From the NCBI GenBank assembly GCA_965247095.1, contig OZ251997.1, positions 4,160,001 through 4,224,000 of the forward strand: DNA of 64,000 nt, written 5' to 3'. This DNA is from Candidatus Multivorans sp. (GTDB lineage: Bacteria; Acidobacteriota; Thermoanaerobaculia; Multivoradales; Multivoraceae). This document shows positions 30,128-40,492 of the stretch, piece after piece. Below the pieces are notes generated by a model. The model did not search any database, was not told where the DNA came from, and saw only the letters and a list, made by a program, of their open reading frames with translations. The number at the start of each line of letters is the position of its first letter. Position 1 is the first letter of the stretch. The translations under genes were made by a program, and so were the position numbers.

Positions 30128-31974
30128 CCGGATGCCTCCGCGAGCAGGTCGCCGCCTACTTCTTCATGCCACAGCCGTTCGATTCCGGCCGCGGTCGGTT
30201 CCTGTGCGCACTTCACGTTGCCGACACCTGCCTGTTCGAGTGCTTCGGCCGTCGCCGTTCCGATCGCCCAGCAGCTTCCCGGCCAGTCCAGGTCCGAGGC
30301 GGCGAAGGCGTCGACGGCGGATGGAGCGGTGAAGAGTACGCGCGCCCGCTCGGCTTGCCAACCCTCGGGCCAGGCGAGGTCTCGGCTGGGTCGGACGGAG
30401 TAGGCCGGCCAGGCCACTACGTTCCTCCCCTCCTTCTCGAGAGCCGCGATCAGCGGACGGCCGCCGCGGGCGGAGTGGGGCACGAACAGCGGGTTCGCAG
30501 GATCCAGTACGCGGACCACGTAGGAGGCGAAGTCGAGGCCGCCCCGGGAGTCCGCGGCCAGGTTCGGCGGTACGCCGGCCGCGAGCAGGGCGCGGGCGGT
30601 GCCTTCACCGAGCGCGCACCAGGGGAGCCGTCCCCAGATGGGGTCTCGTTCCGCTCGGGCCGCCACCACCCGCGCCGCGGCGGGGGAGGAGACGAGCAGC
30701 CACGGCCACTGCCGGCGCGGGCGCTCCAGGTCGATGCGATCCGCCGGCCAGGCGCCCTCGAAGACCTCGACCTCGGTCGCCGGCAGCGCTGCGACGCGGG
30801 TGGTTTCCGGGAGCAGGCGGGTCAGGCGGCGGATGCCCGCGGCGGCGGTGGTCACGATCAGATCGGGGGTCTGGGCGGATCCCAGGGGGCGAGACGGACT
30901 CGTCCCCTGGTCCCGCAGGTTCCGTTCGATCCGCTCGGCGAGGGCGTCGAGATCAATGTCGTCGCCGGTCCGGTTGGCGGAGGCTTCGGCGTGGATGAGC
31001 TGGGGCGCTTCGCCCGCCGCGGCAGGTTCGCGCCAGTCGTCGGGGGCGATGGCGGCGTGGACCTCCTGGAGAGCCTGCTGTTTGCCTGCGCCGGCGCCGG
31101 TTCGGGCCCAGGCCCCGAAGGGACGCTGGCAGCCACCTCCGAGCCGGCCCAGCAGAGAGCGCTCGGCGAAAGCCGCAGTCCGGGTCGGCGGATCGTCGAG
31201 CCGCGCCAGAGCCGGATGCCCGTCGAGCCTGCCTCCGCGCAGGATCTGTACCGCGAGCGCGCCCTGGCCGGGAGCGCAGGGCCAGGATCGGAGGTCCAGG
31301 CGGAAGCCGGGGATGGGGGTGGCGTCCGGGTGCAGCCCGCCGTTGCGGGCCAACCGAAGGATCCCCGCCTCCGCGGCGAGGAGAGCCGAGATCGCGCCGC
31401 CTTGGAGCCACTCGAGCCGGCGGCCGACCGAGCCGCGCACGGCGCAACAGACGAGGTCGGGGCGCACGGCCAACGCACCGGCCTGACGCCGCGGTGACGA
31501 CGTGCCGAGGCGCGCCGCTGCCGGCAGGGCGGCGAACGCCTCGCCTGCCGGAATGGCTGCCTGGGCGGCAGCCCGATCGTCCTGGTCGAGAAGTTCGAAA
31601 AGGGTTGCGTACCCTGCGCCGATCTCGAGGCCCGGCGCGACGAGCAGCAGATCGAACGGCCGCTCCCGTTCGGGTACGGCGGCGATCACGAGATCCGGCT
31701 CGTCATCCACTGGCAGGTCCTTCAGGGAGTGGACCACCAGGTCGACCGTCCCATCCCGGAGCGCCGCGGTCAGTTCGCCGGTGAAGACGCCCTTGGCCTG
31801 CGCGAAGCTGCCGCCGAGGCTGCGGTCGCCCGCAGACGACATGGCCTGCACGACGGCTTCCGTGCCGAGCCGACCGAGCCGGTCCGCGACCAGTTCGGCC
31901 TGAATCCGCGCCAGAGGCGTCGCTCGAGTACCGATGACGATCGGGACCATCGGCATAGGATACGCCCGCTTCAC
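30124..31974 (-). CDS. hemC: Hydroxymethylbilane synthase fused to a uroporphyrinogen-III synthase (HemD)-like domain
   Basis: GTR..PLA..Q, VHSLKDLP, GTSSPRR, PAPGQGAL, LGGGC; C-terminal half has HemD-like LFTAPSAV and AIG..TA..L. Start may be 31956. Confidence 0.85.
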   Translation of the reverse strand: MKRAYPMPMVPIVIGTRATPLARIQAELVADRLGRLGTEAVVQAMSSAGDRSLGGSFAQAKGVFTGELTAALRDGTVDLVVHSLKDLPVDDEPDLVIAAVPERERPFDLLLVAPGLEIGAGYATLFELLDQDDRAAAQAAIPAGEAFAALPAAARLGTSSPRRQAGALAVRPDLVCCAVRGSVGRRLEWLQGGAISALLAAEAGILRLARNGGLHPDATPIPGFRLDLRSWPCAPGQGALAVQILRGGRLDGHPALARLDDPPTRTAAFAERSLLGRLGGGCQRPFGAWARTGAGAGKQQALQEVHAAIAPDDWREPAAAGEAPQLIHAEASANRTGDDIDLDALAERIERNLRDQGTSPSRPLGSAQTPDLIVTTAAAGIRRLTRLLPETTRVAALPATEVEVFEGAWPADRIDLERPRRQWPWLLVSSPAAARVVAARAERDPIWGRLPWCALGEGTARALLAAGVPPNLAADSRGGLDFASYVVRVLDPANPLFVPHSARGGRPLIAALEKEGRNVVAWPAYSVRPSRDLAWPEGWQAERARVLFTAPSAVDAFAASDLDWPGSCWAIGTATAEALEQAGVGNVKCAQEPTAAGIERLWHEEVGGDLLAEASG

Positions 31975-32041
31975 GAGTCCACTAGAGTTGCCAGCGTCGC
32001 CCTGAACCGCGCGCCGCGCGGAATCCGTGGAGGTCTAAGCC

Positions 32042-33871
32042 ATGCTGTTGTCCTCGCTCCGTTTTCGCACCTCGCATCTCGCGTTACCGGCCGCCGCCGC
32101 TGCGGTCGCCCTTCTCCTGGCCGGCTGCGCCGGTGAGCCCCGCCCCTCGGCGGCCGAGTTCACCGCCGCTGCCGACGAGGCCGTGCTGAGCAACAGCTAC
32201 AACCTGAGCCGGGCCCAGTGGGTGCAGGCGACCTACATCAACGACGACACGAACGCGTTGGCGGCCCGCGCCAGCGCCAGCTTCCTGGGCCGGATGGTCG
32301 AGTTCGCGAAGGAGGCGGCGACCTACGATGCCGAGGGCGAAGCCGAGGACGTGGGACGGAAGCTCGGTCTGCTGCGGAGCGGCCTGACCCTGGCCGCTCC
32401 CGCCGACGAGGCGAAGCTGACCGAGCTGACCGAGATCACGACCCGGATGGAAGCGATCTATGGCTCGGGCAAACACTGCCCGGATGGTCCGAACACCGAC
32501 ACCTGCCGTTCTCTCGGCGACCTGGAGGACGTGATCGACAACAGCCGGGACGCCGATGCGCTGCTCGACGCCTGGGAGGGTTGGCGGACGATCTCGCTGC
32601 CGATGCGCGCCGACTACCAACGCTTCGTCGAGCTCTCGAACGAGGGTGCGCAGAGTCTCGGCTACCCCGACACGGGTGCGATGTGGCGGTCGAAGTACGA
32701 CCTGCCGCCGGACGACTTCGCGGCCGAGGTCGACCGCCTCTGGGATCAGGTCAAGCCGCTCTACGACGACCTGCAGTGCCACGTCCGGGCGGAGCTCTCG
32801 GACCACTACGGAGCGGACGTCGTCGATCCGGCCGGGCCGATTCCGGCCCACGTCCTGGGCAACATGTGGGCGCAGACGTGGTCGAACGTCTACGACCTGG
32901 TGGCGCCGCCGGCCGCGGACCCCGGTTACGACCTGACCGAGATCCTCCAGAGCCGGGGGACTTCGGAGATCGAGATGGTCGAGATGGCCGAGGGCTTCTT
33001 CACCTCGCTGGGGATGGAGTCGCTGCCGGACACGTTCTGGGACCGTTCGCAGTTCGTGAAGCCGCGGGACCGCGAGGTCGTCTGCCACGCCAGTGCCTGG
33101 CAGCTCGACCTGGACGAGGACGTGCGGATCAAGATGTGCATCGACATCAACGCCGAGGACTTCTCGACCATCCACCACGAACTGGGTCACAACTACTACC
33201 AGCTCGGCTACCGGAACCAGGCGCCGCTGTTCCGGGACAGCGCCAACGACGGTTTCCACGAGGCCCTGGGCGACACGATCGCCCTGTCGGTGACGCCGGG
33301 CTACCTGGTCGACATCGTGCTGCTGGACGAGGAGCCGTCGGCGGACGCCGACCTCGGTCTGCTGATGCAGATGGCGCTGGACAAAGTGGCCTTCCTCCCC
33401 TTCGGCCTGCTGATCGATCGCTGGCGCTGGGCCGTGTTCTCGGGTGAGACCCCGCCGGAGGAGTACAACGCCGCCTGGTGGCGTCTGCGCGAGCAGTACC
33501 AGGGCGTCGGGGCGGCGAGCGCGCGCACCGAGGAGCACTTCGACCCGGGCGCCAAGTACCACGTTCCGGGCAACACGCCCTACACTCGCTACTTCCTGGC
33601 CCACATCCTCCAGTTCCAGTTGCATCGCGATCTGTGCGCGGCGATCGGTTACGAGGGGCCGCTGCACCGCTGCTCGATCTACGGCAACGAGGAGGCGGGC
33701 CGGCGCCTGAGCGAGATGATGGCGATGGGCCTGAGCCGTCCGTGGCCGGATGCTCTCGAGGTCGCCACCGGCAGCCGCGACATGGACGCGACGGCGATCC
33801 TCGACTACTTCGCGCCCCTGGCCGAGTGGCTGAAGGAGCAGAACGAGGGCCGGACCTGCGGCTGGAGTTGA
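32042..33871 (+). CDS. M2 family peptidyl-dipeptidase (ACE-like), lipoprotein
   Basis: LAGC lipobox; PAHVLGNMWAQTW, VCHASAW, HHELGH, GFHEALGD, FDPGAKYHVP. Confidence 0.93.
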   Translation: MLLSSLRFRTSHLALPAAAAAVALLLAGCAGEPRPSAAEFTAAADEAVLSNSYNLSRAQWVQATYINDDTNALAARASASFLGRMVEFAKEAATYDAEGEAEDVGRKLGLLRSGLTLAAPADEAKLTELTEITTRMEAIYGSGKHCPDGPNTDTCRSLGDLEDVIDNSRDADALLDAWEGWRTISLPMRADYQRFVELSNEGAQSLGYPDTGAMWRSKYDLPPDDFAAEVDRLWDQVKPLYDDLQCHVRAELSDHYGADVVDPAGPIPAHVLGNMWAQTWSNVYDLVAPPAADPGYDLTEILQSRGTSEIEMVEMAEGFFTSLGMESLPDTFWDRSQFVKPRDREVVCHASAWQLDLDEDVRIKMCIDINAEDFSTIHHELGHNYYQLGYRNQAPLFRDSANDGFHEALGDTIALSVTPGYLVDIVLLDEEPSADADLGLLMQMALDKVAFLPFGLLIDRWRWAVFSGETPPEEYNAAWWRLREQYQGVGAASARTEEHFDPGAKYHVPGNTPYTRYFLAHILQFQLHRDLCAAIGYEGPLHRCSIYGNEEAGRRLSEMMAMGLSRPWPDALEVATGSRDMDATAILDYFAPLAEWLKEQNEGRTCGWS

Positions 33872-33872
33872 C

Positions 33873-33894
33873 CGGGCGTCTCGCCCGCATCCGG
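33873..33894 (+). repeat. Partial REP-like palindrome copy (intergenic)
   Basis: CGGGCGTCTCGCCCGCATCCGG, just after the M2 peptidase stop. Confidence 0.7.
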
Positions 33895-33914
33895 CTTGAC
33901 CGTCTGACGCCCCC

Positions 33915-34697
33915 ATGTTGATCGCCACCTGGAACATCAACGGCCTGGGCGCGCGCTTCGACTTCCTCGTCCACTGGCTCAAGGCGCGGCAGCCGGATGT
34001 CGTCGGCCTCCAGGAACTGAAGGCGACGGCGGATCACTTCCCCCGGCAGGCGCTCGAGGATCTCGGGTATCAGGCGGCGGTGTGCGGCCAGAAGGCGTGG
34101 AACGGCGTGGCCGTGCTCTCTCGTCATCCGATCGAGGAGGTCCAGTCGGGGCTCCCGGGCGAGGAGGAGGCCGGCGCCCGCCTGATGCGGGTGCGGACAG
34201 CGGGCCTCGACTTCACGACCGTGTATTGCCCGAACGGCAAGGACATCGATCACCTGGACTATCCCCGCAAGCTGGCCTGGTTCGACTCGCTCCGGGACTA
34301 CTTCCACGGTTCGCTCGGCGCGGATGAGCCGGCGGTTCTCTGCGGCGACTTCAACATCGCGCCGACCCGCCTCGACACCCACGACGAGGAGCGGCTGGCC
34401 GGCGGCATCCACCACACGGAGGCGGAGCGGGCGAGATACCGGGCATTGCTCGATCTAGGGTTCGTCGACCTGTGCCGGGAACTCCATCCGGACACGGTCA
34501 AGTTCTCGTGGTGGGACTACCGCTTCGGCGCTTTCCACCGGAATCTCGGTCTGCGGATCGACTTCCTCCTGGCGACTGAGCCTGTCCGAGCCCGAGTGGA
34601 GCATGTCGAGACCGATCGGGACTACCGCAAGAAGAAGGACGGCCTGATCGCCTCCGATCACGCGCCGGTGATCGCGCGTCTGCGGAACTGGCGATAA
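33915..34697 (+). CDS. xth: Exodeoxyribonuclease III
   Basis: ATWNING, LQELK, WNGVA.LSR, YCPNG, CGDFNI, SWWDYR, LRIDFLL, SDHAPV. Confidence 0.95.
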   Translation: MLIATWNINGLGARFDFLVHWLKARQPDVVGLQELKATADHFPRQALEDLGYQAAVCGQKAWNGVAVLSRHPIEEVQSGLPGEEEAGARLMRVRTAGLDFTTVYCPNGKDIDHLDYPRKLAWFDSLRDYFHGSLGADEPAVLCGDFNIAPTRLDTHDEERLAGGIHHTEAERARYRALLDLGFVDLCRELHPDTVKFSWWDYRFGAFHRNLGLRIDFLLATEPVRARVEHVETDRDYRKKKDGLIASDHAPVIARLRNWR

Positions 34698-34715
34698 CGG
34701 TCCTGGGCCGGCCGC

Positions 34716-35213
34716 CTACACGACGGCGGCCCGCTTCGGCGTAGCGAACCAGGCCAGTCTGCCGCAATAGGGCTCGACCTCGCTCCACGAGTCGACATCG
34801 AGATGGAGGCATGCCAGGGCCGCGGTGACGAATCGGGGCGGATCGTCGCCGGTCAGTCGGCGGACAAGCTCGGCGGAGGTGGGTTGGTGGCCGACGAGAA
34901 GTAATGAGTTCGCGTCGTCAGGCTGCTCGCGCAGCAGGTCGATGGCCGATCCGGGCGAGGCCAGGTAAAGCGCCGGCGCCAGGATCGTCGTGCGGTTCCA
35001 GTTGCCGGCCGCCACGGCCAGCTCGATCGTCTGCCGCGTACGCAGGGCCGACGAACAGAGGATCCGGTCGGGCAGTTCCCGTCGTTCGGCGACAAGGCGG
35101 CCCATCGTCTTGGCGGCCGCGATGCCGCGCGGATTCAGGGGCCGGTCGCGGTCCACGCCGTAGGTTGCACTCCAGTCCGACTTGGCGTGGCGAAGAACGT
35201 ACAGGATTCGCAC
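34716..35213 (-). CDS. sixA: SixA-like histidine phosphatase
   Basis: LRHAKSDW, DRPLN.RG, SSALRTRQT, LLVGHQP. Confidence 0.85.
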   Translation of the reverse strand: MRILYVLRHAKSDWSATYGVDRDRPLNPRGIAAAKTMGRLVAERRELPDRILCSSALRTRQTIELAVAAGNWNRTTILAPALYLASPGSAIDLLREQPDDANSLLLVGHQPTSAELVRRLTGDDPPRFVTAALACLHLDVDSWSEVEPYCGRLAWFATPKRAAVV

Positions 35214-35317
35214 GGTTGAGCGTGACGGTAGCAAGATCGTCGACCGCCCGCGCGCGTGTGTCATGGACACACCCGCCCGGGACCGGTGCGCCGTCCCGCG
35301 TGTGTCATTCTCTGAGC

Positions 35318-36748
35318 ATGCAGAGAGCGGATTCAATGCGCCGGACGGCGGCAGTCGCGGTGTGCGGTCTGGTTCTTGCGGCTGCCGCCGGGGGGCAAGG
35401 TGCTCCGCCTGCTTCCTCCGAGAGGGCCGCCCTGAACCTGGAGAGCTTCGACTTCGCCTGGAGGAAGATCGCCGACACCTTCTGGGACGAGGAGATGGGC
35501 GGCGTCGACTGGCAGGCCGTGGGCGACGAGCTGAGGCCGCGAGCCCGGGAAGCAGCGGACGCTCGGGAGCTGCGGGAGGTGGTCCAGGAGATGCTCTCAC
35601 GGCTGGGGCAGTCTCACTTCGGCGTCCTGCCGGGAACTCGGTCGGCGGGCGGCGGCAGAGAACCGGCGGCGAGCGACCACGGTGACGGGGCCGGCTGCAC
35701 CCCGGCGTTGATGCGGACCGTCACCGGCGACGGCGGTTCGTCCGCATCGGACGCGGGGCCGGGGTTCGAGGTTCGCTTCCTGGACCAGGTACCGGTCGTC
35801 AGCCGGGTCGAGGTTGGTTCGGCGGCCGACCGTGACGGCCTCACCTCTGGCGCCGAGCTCGTGCGGATCGGTGACCAGGGTCTCGCAGCGCTTTCCCGCT
35901 GCTTCGAGTTGGAGTCCCTCGATTCGCGGGTTGCCGACCTGGTGCGTGCGCGCGCCGTCGACGGCCTGCTCTTCGGAGCACCGGGCGATCCCGTGGAGGT
36001 GGAGTTCGCGGATGGGGCTGGCGGGCGGTTCGTGCTCGCGTTGGAGCGCGCCCACCACCCGGACGCAGTCGCAATTGGTTTCGGCAATCTGCCGCCGATG
36101 CAGTACGTGTTCGAGACCGAGGAGGTGGAGACGACCGGCGGACGAGTCCTTGCGGTGCGCTTCAACGTCTGGATGGTGCCCGTGGTCGAAGCGTTCGAAA
36201 CCGCGGTCTATGGAGACCCTGCGGCCGGCTCGTCGGCCTTCGATGGTCTGCTGATCGATCTGCGCGGCAATCCCGGCGGTGTGGCCGGCACCGCCGTCGG
36301 GATTGCGGGCTATCTGATGGAGGAGCGGGTCTCACTGGGCAGCATGTTGCACCGCGGCTCGAACCTGCGGTTGCCGGTGTACCCGCGGCGGATATCGCTT
36401 GGCAGTGAGAAACTCGAAGTGTTCGGGGGACCGGTTGCCGTACTCACTGACGGCGGCAGCGCCAGCACCAGCGAGATCTTCGCCGCCGGACTCCAGGACC
36501 ACGGCCGCGTCAGAGTGTTCGGCGAGCCCACCGCGGCGGCGGCGCTGCCGGCGGTGATCGAGAGGATGCCGAACGGCGATCTGCTGATGCACGCGATCGC
36601 GGACTTCCTTCGCCCGAACGGCGAACGGGTCGAGGGCCGGGCGGTCGTCCCCGAGTCCCTGGTTCCTCTCACGCGGGAGGGGTTGCTCTCCGGCAGGGAC
36701 GAGCCACGGGAGGCGGCTTTGGCCTGGATCGCTTCGGAGTTGGAATGA
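35318..36748 (+). CDS. S41 family peptidase with PDZ domain, secreted
   Basis: Signal peptide; IDLRGNPGG, SASTSEIFAAGLQD.GR..VFGE.T. Confidence 0.88.
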   Translation: MQRADSMRRTAAVAVCGLVLAAAAGGQGAPPASSERAALNLESFDFAWRKIADTFWDEEMGGVDWQAVGDELRPRAREAADARELREVVQEMLSRLGQSHFGVLPGTRSAGGGREPAASDHGDGAGCTPALMRTVTGDGGSSASDAGPGFEVRFLDQVPVVSRVEVGSAADRDGLTSGAELVRIGDQGLAALSRCFELESLDSRVADLVRARAVDGLLFGAPGDPVEVEFADGAGGRFVLALERAHHPDAVAIGFGNLPPMQYVFETEEVETTGGRVLAVRFNVWMVPVVEAFETAVYGDPAAGSSAFDGLLIDLRGNPGGVAGTAVGIAGYLMEERVSLGSMLHRGSNLRLPVYPRRISLGSEKLEVFGGPVAVLTDGGSASTSEIFAAGLQDHGRVRVFGEPTAAAALPAVIERMPNGDLLMHAIADFLRPNGERVEGRAVVPESLVPLTREGLLSGRDEPREAALAWIASELE

Positions 36749-37338
36749 ACATCGACCTTTGGAGTGAGGGAGTTGGCCTCGGCCGGTTCGGCGCCGAGGG
36801 GGCCCTCGGACCGCCCTGGCTGTGGGTCGTGGCGGGACTGCTGCTGCTGCTGCTGGGCCGGCAGCTCTACACCGCGTTGCTGGGGTTGCTCGGCTTCTTC
36901 GTCAGTTACGGCATGCTCTCCGGTGTCGTGACCCTGCCCAGCGACATGCGCCTGGTGGTGGCGGTTGGCATCGGAATCGTCAGTGCCTTGCTCGCGTTCA
37001 TCGTGCGCAAGGTCGCTGTGGTCGTTGCGGGCGCGATGCTGGGCGCCGGCGCCGCGCTGTGGGCTTCCGGCTTCTACGGTCTCCAGGTGGAGGTGCTGTG
37101 GTGGGTGGTGACCGCGGCCGCGGCGTTGCTGGGAGCGTGGCTCCTGCGCCAGGTCTTCGAGACGGCGCTGATCGTGGTGTCGTCGTTCATCGGTGCACTG
37201 CTCATCATGGCGGCCGTGGGCCTGGAGGGGCTGCCGGCCCACGCCGGCGTCGCCGTGCTGATCGTGGTCGGGGTTGCGTTCCAGATGCGGCGTCGTCGCG
37301 GGCAGGAACGCGGCGCGAAGAAGGCGTCGGCGTCATGA
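36745..37338 (+). CDS. DUF4203-like membrane protein
   Basis: Multiple TM helices; LLLLG..LY...GF..G and I..SSF.GA patterns. Confidence 0.65.
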   Translation: MNIDLWSEGVGLGRFGAEGALGPPWLWVVAGLLLLLLGRQLYTALLGLLGFFVSYGMLSGVVTLPSDMRLVVAVGIGIVSALLAFIVRKVAVVVAGAMLGAGAALWASGFYGLQVEVLWWVVTAAAALLGAWLLRQVFETALIVVSSFIGALLIMAAVGLEGLPAHAGVAVLIVVGVAFQMRRRRGQERGAKKASAS

Positions 37339-37769
37339 CGCGGAGAGCGTTCGGGTGCATCGTGCTGGCCGTCTTGCCGGGTGTCGGTGCCGAAGCGCAG
37401 AGTGAAGCGTCGGCCCAAACCTGCGTGGGCGATGCCACCACGCTGTGCCTGAATGGCGACCGATTTCGCGTCGCCGTCCACTGGGAGACCGAGAAGGAGT
37501 CCGGCGACGGAGAGGCGGTGGAACTCACCGGCGACACCGGCTACTTCTGGTTCTTCAGCGAGAACAACGTCGAGGTCGTGATCAAGGTGCTGAACGGCTG
37601 CGCGATCGGCGATGGCGCCTACTGGGTCTTCATCGGCGGCCTGACGGACGTCCGCGTCGAACTCGAAGTCGAGGATGTCGAAGCCGGCGAGTCGAAGACG
37701 TACGTCAACGAAGCCGGGACGCTGTTCGTGCCGGTGACCGACACGACGGCGTTCTCGACCTGCGACTGA
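37335..37769 (+). CDS. Small secreted protein made of one 'LCL-RF-FF-N-EV-KV-GC' domain
   Basis: Signal peptide, then TLCLNGDRFRV..W...GYFWFF..NNVEVVIKVLNGC...YWVF.GGLTD; homologous to two C-terminal repeats of the 50320-54195 protein. Confidence 0.8.
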   Translation: MTRRAFGCIVLAVLPGVGAEAQSEASAQTCVGDATTLCLNGDRFRVAVHWETEKESGDGEAVELTGDTGYFWFFSENNVEVVIKVLNGCAIGDGAYWVFIGGLTDVRVELEVEDVEAGESKTYVNEAGTLFVPVTDTTAFSTCD

Positions 37770-37876
37770 CCCGGCTGGCGGTCGTCGGGCTTGCGGGAAG
37801 GTCTGCGGGTCGGAGCGACGCAGTTCCATCTGCGGTAGAGAGGCTCACCCCCTGAGCCCGAGAGCCCTTAGTTGGC

Positions 37877-39091
37877 TCAGTCGTTCGATGTCGTGAGCGC
37901 CAGACTTCCCGGGCCCGTTGCGGTGACGGTCTTGGCGGCGGCGGGCAGCAGCGCGGCCTCGCCGGGGTGCAGAAGCTGGGCGCCGAGGGCGTTGCGCACC
38001 TCGATCTCTCCTTCGAGGGCGAGGACGATGCGGGCGCGACCGTCGGAGTGGAGCGGTGCTTCGCCGTGGCCGCCGATCTGGAGGAAGTCCAACCGGAAGT
38101 CGTCGACCGGTGGTTGGAAGCCGGATCGCCTGCCCCAGGGCTGTTCGTCGACTCGGGGCTTCATCAGGGCGCCGTCAGCGGTTTCGTAGACGAGGATGTC
38201 GAGCAGTTCTCCGGCATCGACGCGCTTGGAGGTCAGACCGAGGCGGAGCACGTTGTCGGAGCTCGCCATGACCTCGAGTGCGGAACCCTCCAGGTAACTG
38301 TGGGGTACGCCGGGTCCGGTGAAGAGAGCTTCTCCGGGATCGAGGCGAATCAGGCGCAGGAAGAGCGGCGCGACGACCAGGGGGTCGTCCGGGTGGTGCG
38401 TGGCGATGCGGACGACCCAGTGCATTGCCTCCCGGCAGGAGGGGGCGCCCTCGGTCGAGGGGCGGCGGGCTGCATCGACGGCGGCGGAGGCGAGATCGGT
38501 CCCGGTGTGCCGGTAGAGCGCTTCGAGCAGCGGTCGATAGGCGGCGGCGCCCTCGGATGCGAGCCGTTGGATGTCCGGCCGGAGCTGTTCGACGCCGAGG
38601 GCGGCCAGGAGCTGGGCTGCCTCAGCGGCAGGCCGGAAGCCGGAAAGGGCGGAGAACGGCGTGAGTGCGTAGAGGAGCTCCGGTTTGTGGTTCTGGTCGC
38701 GGTAGTTGCGGTCCGTGACTGCGACCGGATGGGCGCCCGTTGTCTCGGCGGCGAATCCGCGGACGGCCTGCTCGCGGTTGGGGTGGGCCTGGATCGACAG
38801 GGGCCGGGCGGCGGAGAGGATCTTGGTCAGAAAGGGCAGGGTGGCGCCGATCGCGCCGGGGCCGAGAACCTCGTCCTGTCGGTCGGCGATGACGCGGTCG
38901 AGGGGAACCGGATTTGGGCAGGAGAGAACGACGCCGGCCGGCGCCTCGGCGTGGGCGCCGAACCACAGTTCGGCTTCCGGCCGTCCCGTGGGTTCGCGGC
39001 CGCAGAGACGCGGGATGAAGTCGGCCGTGCCCCAGTCGTAGTGACGAACCTGGGGGATGAGCTGCAGGGGGCGGTCGAGCGGCGTGCTCAC
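37877..39091 (-). CDS. manA: Mannose-6-phosphate isomerase, class I
   Basis: YDWG, AELWFGAH, LPFL.KIL....PLSIQAHP, NYRD.NHKPEL, PHSYLEG, MASSDNVLR.GLT.K. Confidence 0.93.
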   Translation of the reverse strand: MSTPLDRPLQLIPQVRHYDWGTADFIPRLCGREPTGRPEAELWFGAHAEAPAGVVLSCPNPVPLDRVIADRQDEVLGPGAIGATLPFLTKILSAARPLSIQAHPNREQAVRGFAAETTGAHPVAVTDRNYRDQNHKPELLYALTPFSALSGFRPAAEAAQLLAALGVEQLRPDIQRLASEGAAAYRPLLEALYRHTGTDLASAAVDAARRPSTEGAPSCREAMHWVVRIATHHPDDPLVVAPLFLRLIRLDPGEALFTGPGVPHSYLEGSALEVMASSDNVLRLGLTSKRVDAGELLDILVYETADGALMKPRVDEQPWGRRSGFQPPVDDFRLDFLQIGGHGEAPLHSDGRARIVLALEGEIEVRNALGAQLLHPGEAALLPAAAKTVTATGPGSLALTTSND

Positions 39092-39741
39092 CGGCGCGCC
39101 GCCTCATGGGTCCACGAACGGGCGTCGGCTTCGGTATCGACATCCTCAAGGGGCGCCGGCGAATCGAGTTCCACCTCCTGAATGTGCTCGGCCAACGGGT
39201 CGAGGAGCGGACGGGCCCCCTGGTCGCCGCGGAGACGCTCAAGGCGCGGGAACCACTGCCGCCCGAAGGTGACGGGCGCGCCGCGGCGGCCGTGGAAGGT
39301 CGGCACGACGATCGAGGCGGGTCCGTCGAACGCGTCGAGCAGCTTGTCGATGACCGCCGCGTCGAGCCCCGGCTGGTCCACGGCGAGGAACATCGCGCCG
39401 TCGGCGTCGGCCGGGACCGCGGCCAGACCGCGACGCACCGACCCGCTCTGGCCGGCGGCATAGTCGGAATTGTGGACCGCCAGCAGGTCGAGGTCGGCAA
39501 CCTCGGCGCCTATCCGCCGCTCCGCGTGGCCGGTGACCAGGATGACATCCGCCAGGTTGGAGGCGAGCGCTTCGCGGCAGACGCGCCGCACCAGAGTTTC
39601 GCCGTCGATGCGGTAGAGCTGCTTCGGCTCTGCCGCACCGGTGACCTTCGTCCTGGGAACGCGGGCATCCTGCCCGCATCCGACCTCGAACCGGGTGGAG
39701 AGCCCGGCGGCGAGAATCACGCCGGAGACCGAGCCGGTCAT
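39088..39741 (-). CDS. mocA: Molybdenum cofactor nucleotidyltransferase (MocA-like) with an in-frame palindrome insertion
   Basis: ILAAGLSTRF...PKQL, G.S.SV..GL, DQP, RG.PV.F, GDQGAR, DVDT; downstream of the xdhC genes. Confidence 0.8.
   Translation of the reverse strand: MTGSVSGVILAAGLSTRFEVGCGQDARVPRTKVTGAAEPKQLYRIDGETLVRRVCREALASNLADVILVTGHAERRIGAEVADLDLLAVHNSDYAAGQSGSVRRGLAAVPADADGAMFLAVDQPGLDAAVIDKLLDAFDGPASIVVPTFHGRRGAPVTFGRQWFPRLERLRGDQGARPLLDPLAEHIQEVELDSPAPLEDVDTEADARSWTHEAARR
39652..39683 (+). repeat. REP-like palindrome copy, inside mocA
   Basis: CCTGGGAACGCGGGCATCCTGCCCGCATCCGA; same flanks as the other copies, with a different loop. Confidence 0.8.
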
Positions 39742-40466
39742 CGGCCTGACGCCGGCCGGCTGCTTCTTACCGCGACGAGTTCGGCGGCGATGGCGAGAGC
39801 GATCTCCTCGGGCTTGCGGCCGCCGATGTCGAGGCCGATCGGCGCGTGGATGCGATCGATCAGGTCCGGCGACAGGCCGGCCCCGGTGAGGGCTCTGACC
39901 CGCTTTGCGTGGGTTCGCTTCGAACCCAGGGCGCCGACGTAGCGGACACCGGCTTCGAGCGCCACCTGGAGCGCCGGGTTGTCGAGCTTTTCGTCGTGGG
40001 TCAGGAAGACGCAGAAGGTGTTGGCGTGCAGCGGCACTTGCGCCAGGTAGTCGGCCGGCCACTCAACGACGAGCTCGTCGGCGTGGGGAAAGCGCTCGGC
40101 GGTGGCGAAGGTCGAGCGGGCGTCGACGACCACAGTGCGGAACCCGAGTTGGCGCGCGAAGTGGACCAGGTGGATCGCTACGTGGACCGCGCCGACGATG
40201 AACAACTGCGGCAGCGGCTCGAAGGTCTCGACGAAGACCTCCGCCCCTTCGATCTCGCGCAGACCCGTGGGCGGAAGGGCTTCGCCGTTGGCCAGGGCGG
40301 TGGCGGCGCGGTCGAGATCGGGGTCGCCCAGGGTTCCTTGGGACCGTCCCTGGTCGGGCCACACGAGCAGGCGGGCGCCCAAGCCGGCGCCGCCGGCCTG
40401 GGTGAAGGACACCACCCGGTCGCCCGCCAGCAGGGACCGGCGCAGGGACTCGAAGCGGGAGCTCAT
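39738..40466 (-). CDS. xdhC: XdhC family protein, C-terminal Rossmann part
   Basis: LFIVGAVHVA, VVDAR..FAT.ERFP, THD.KLD, YVGALGSKRT, IHAPIGLDIG..PEEIALAI. Confidence 0.9.
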   Translation of the reverse strand: MSSRFESLRRSLLAGDRVVSFTQAGGAGLGARLLVWPDQGRSQGTLGDPDLDRAATALANGEALPPTGLREIEGAEVFVETFEPLPQLFIVGAVHVAIHLVHFARQLGFRTVVVDARSTFATAERFPHADELVVEWPADYLAQVPLHANTFCVFLTHDEKLDNPALQVALEAGVRYVGALGSKRTHAKRVRALTGAGLSPDLIDRIHAPIGLDIGGRKPEEIALAIAAELVAVRSSRPASGR

Positions 40467-40492
40467 CGGTGCGTGCTCTTGGCCGCTGGGTC

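Noticed and set aside
20174-33982. Long antisense or alternate-frame ORFs (for example 20174-21877 +, 28898-30403 +, 32084-33982 -)
   Set aside because: They are shadow ORFs of well-supported genes in high-GC DNA, with no motifs of their own.
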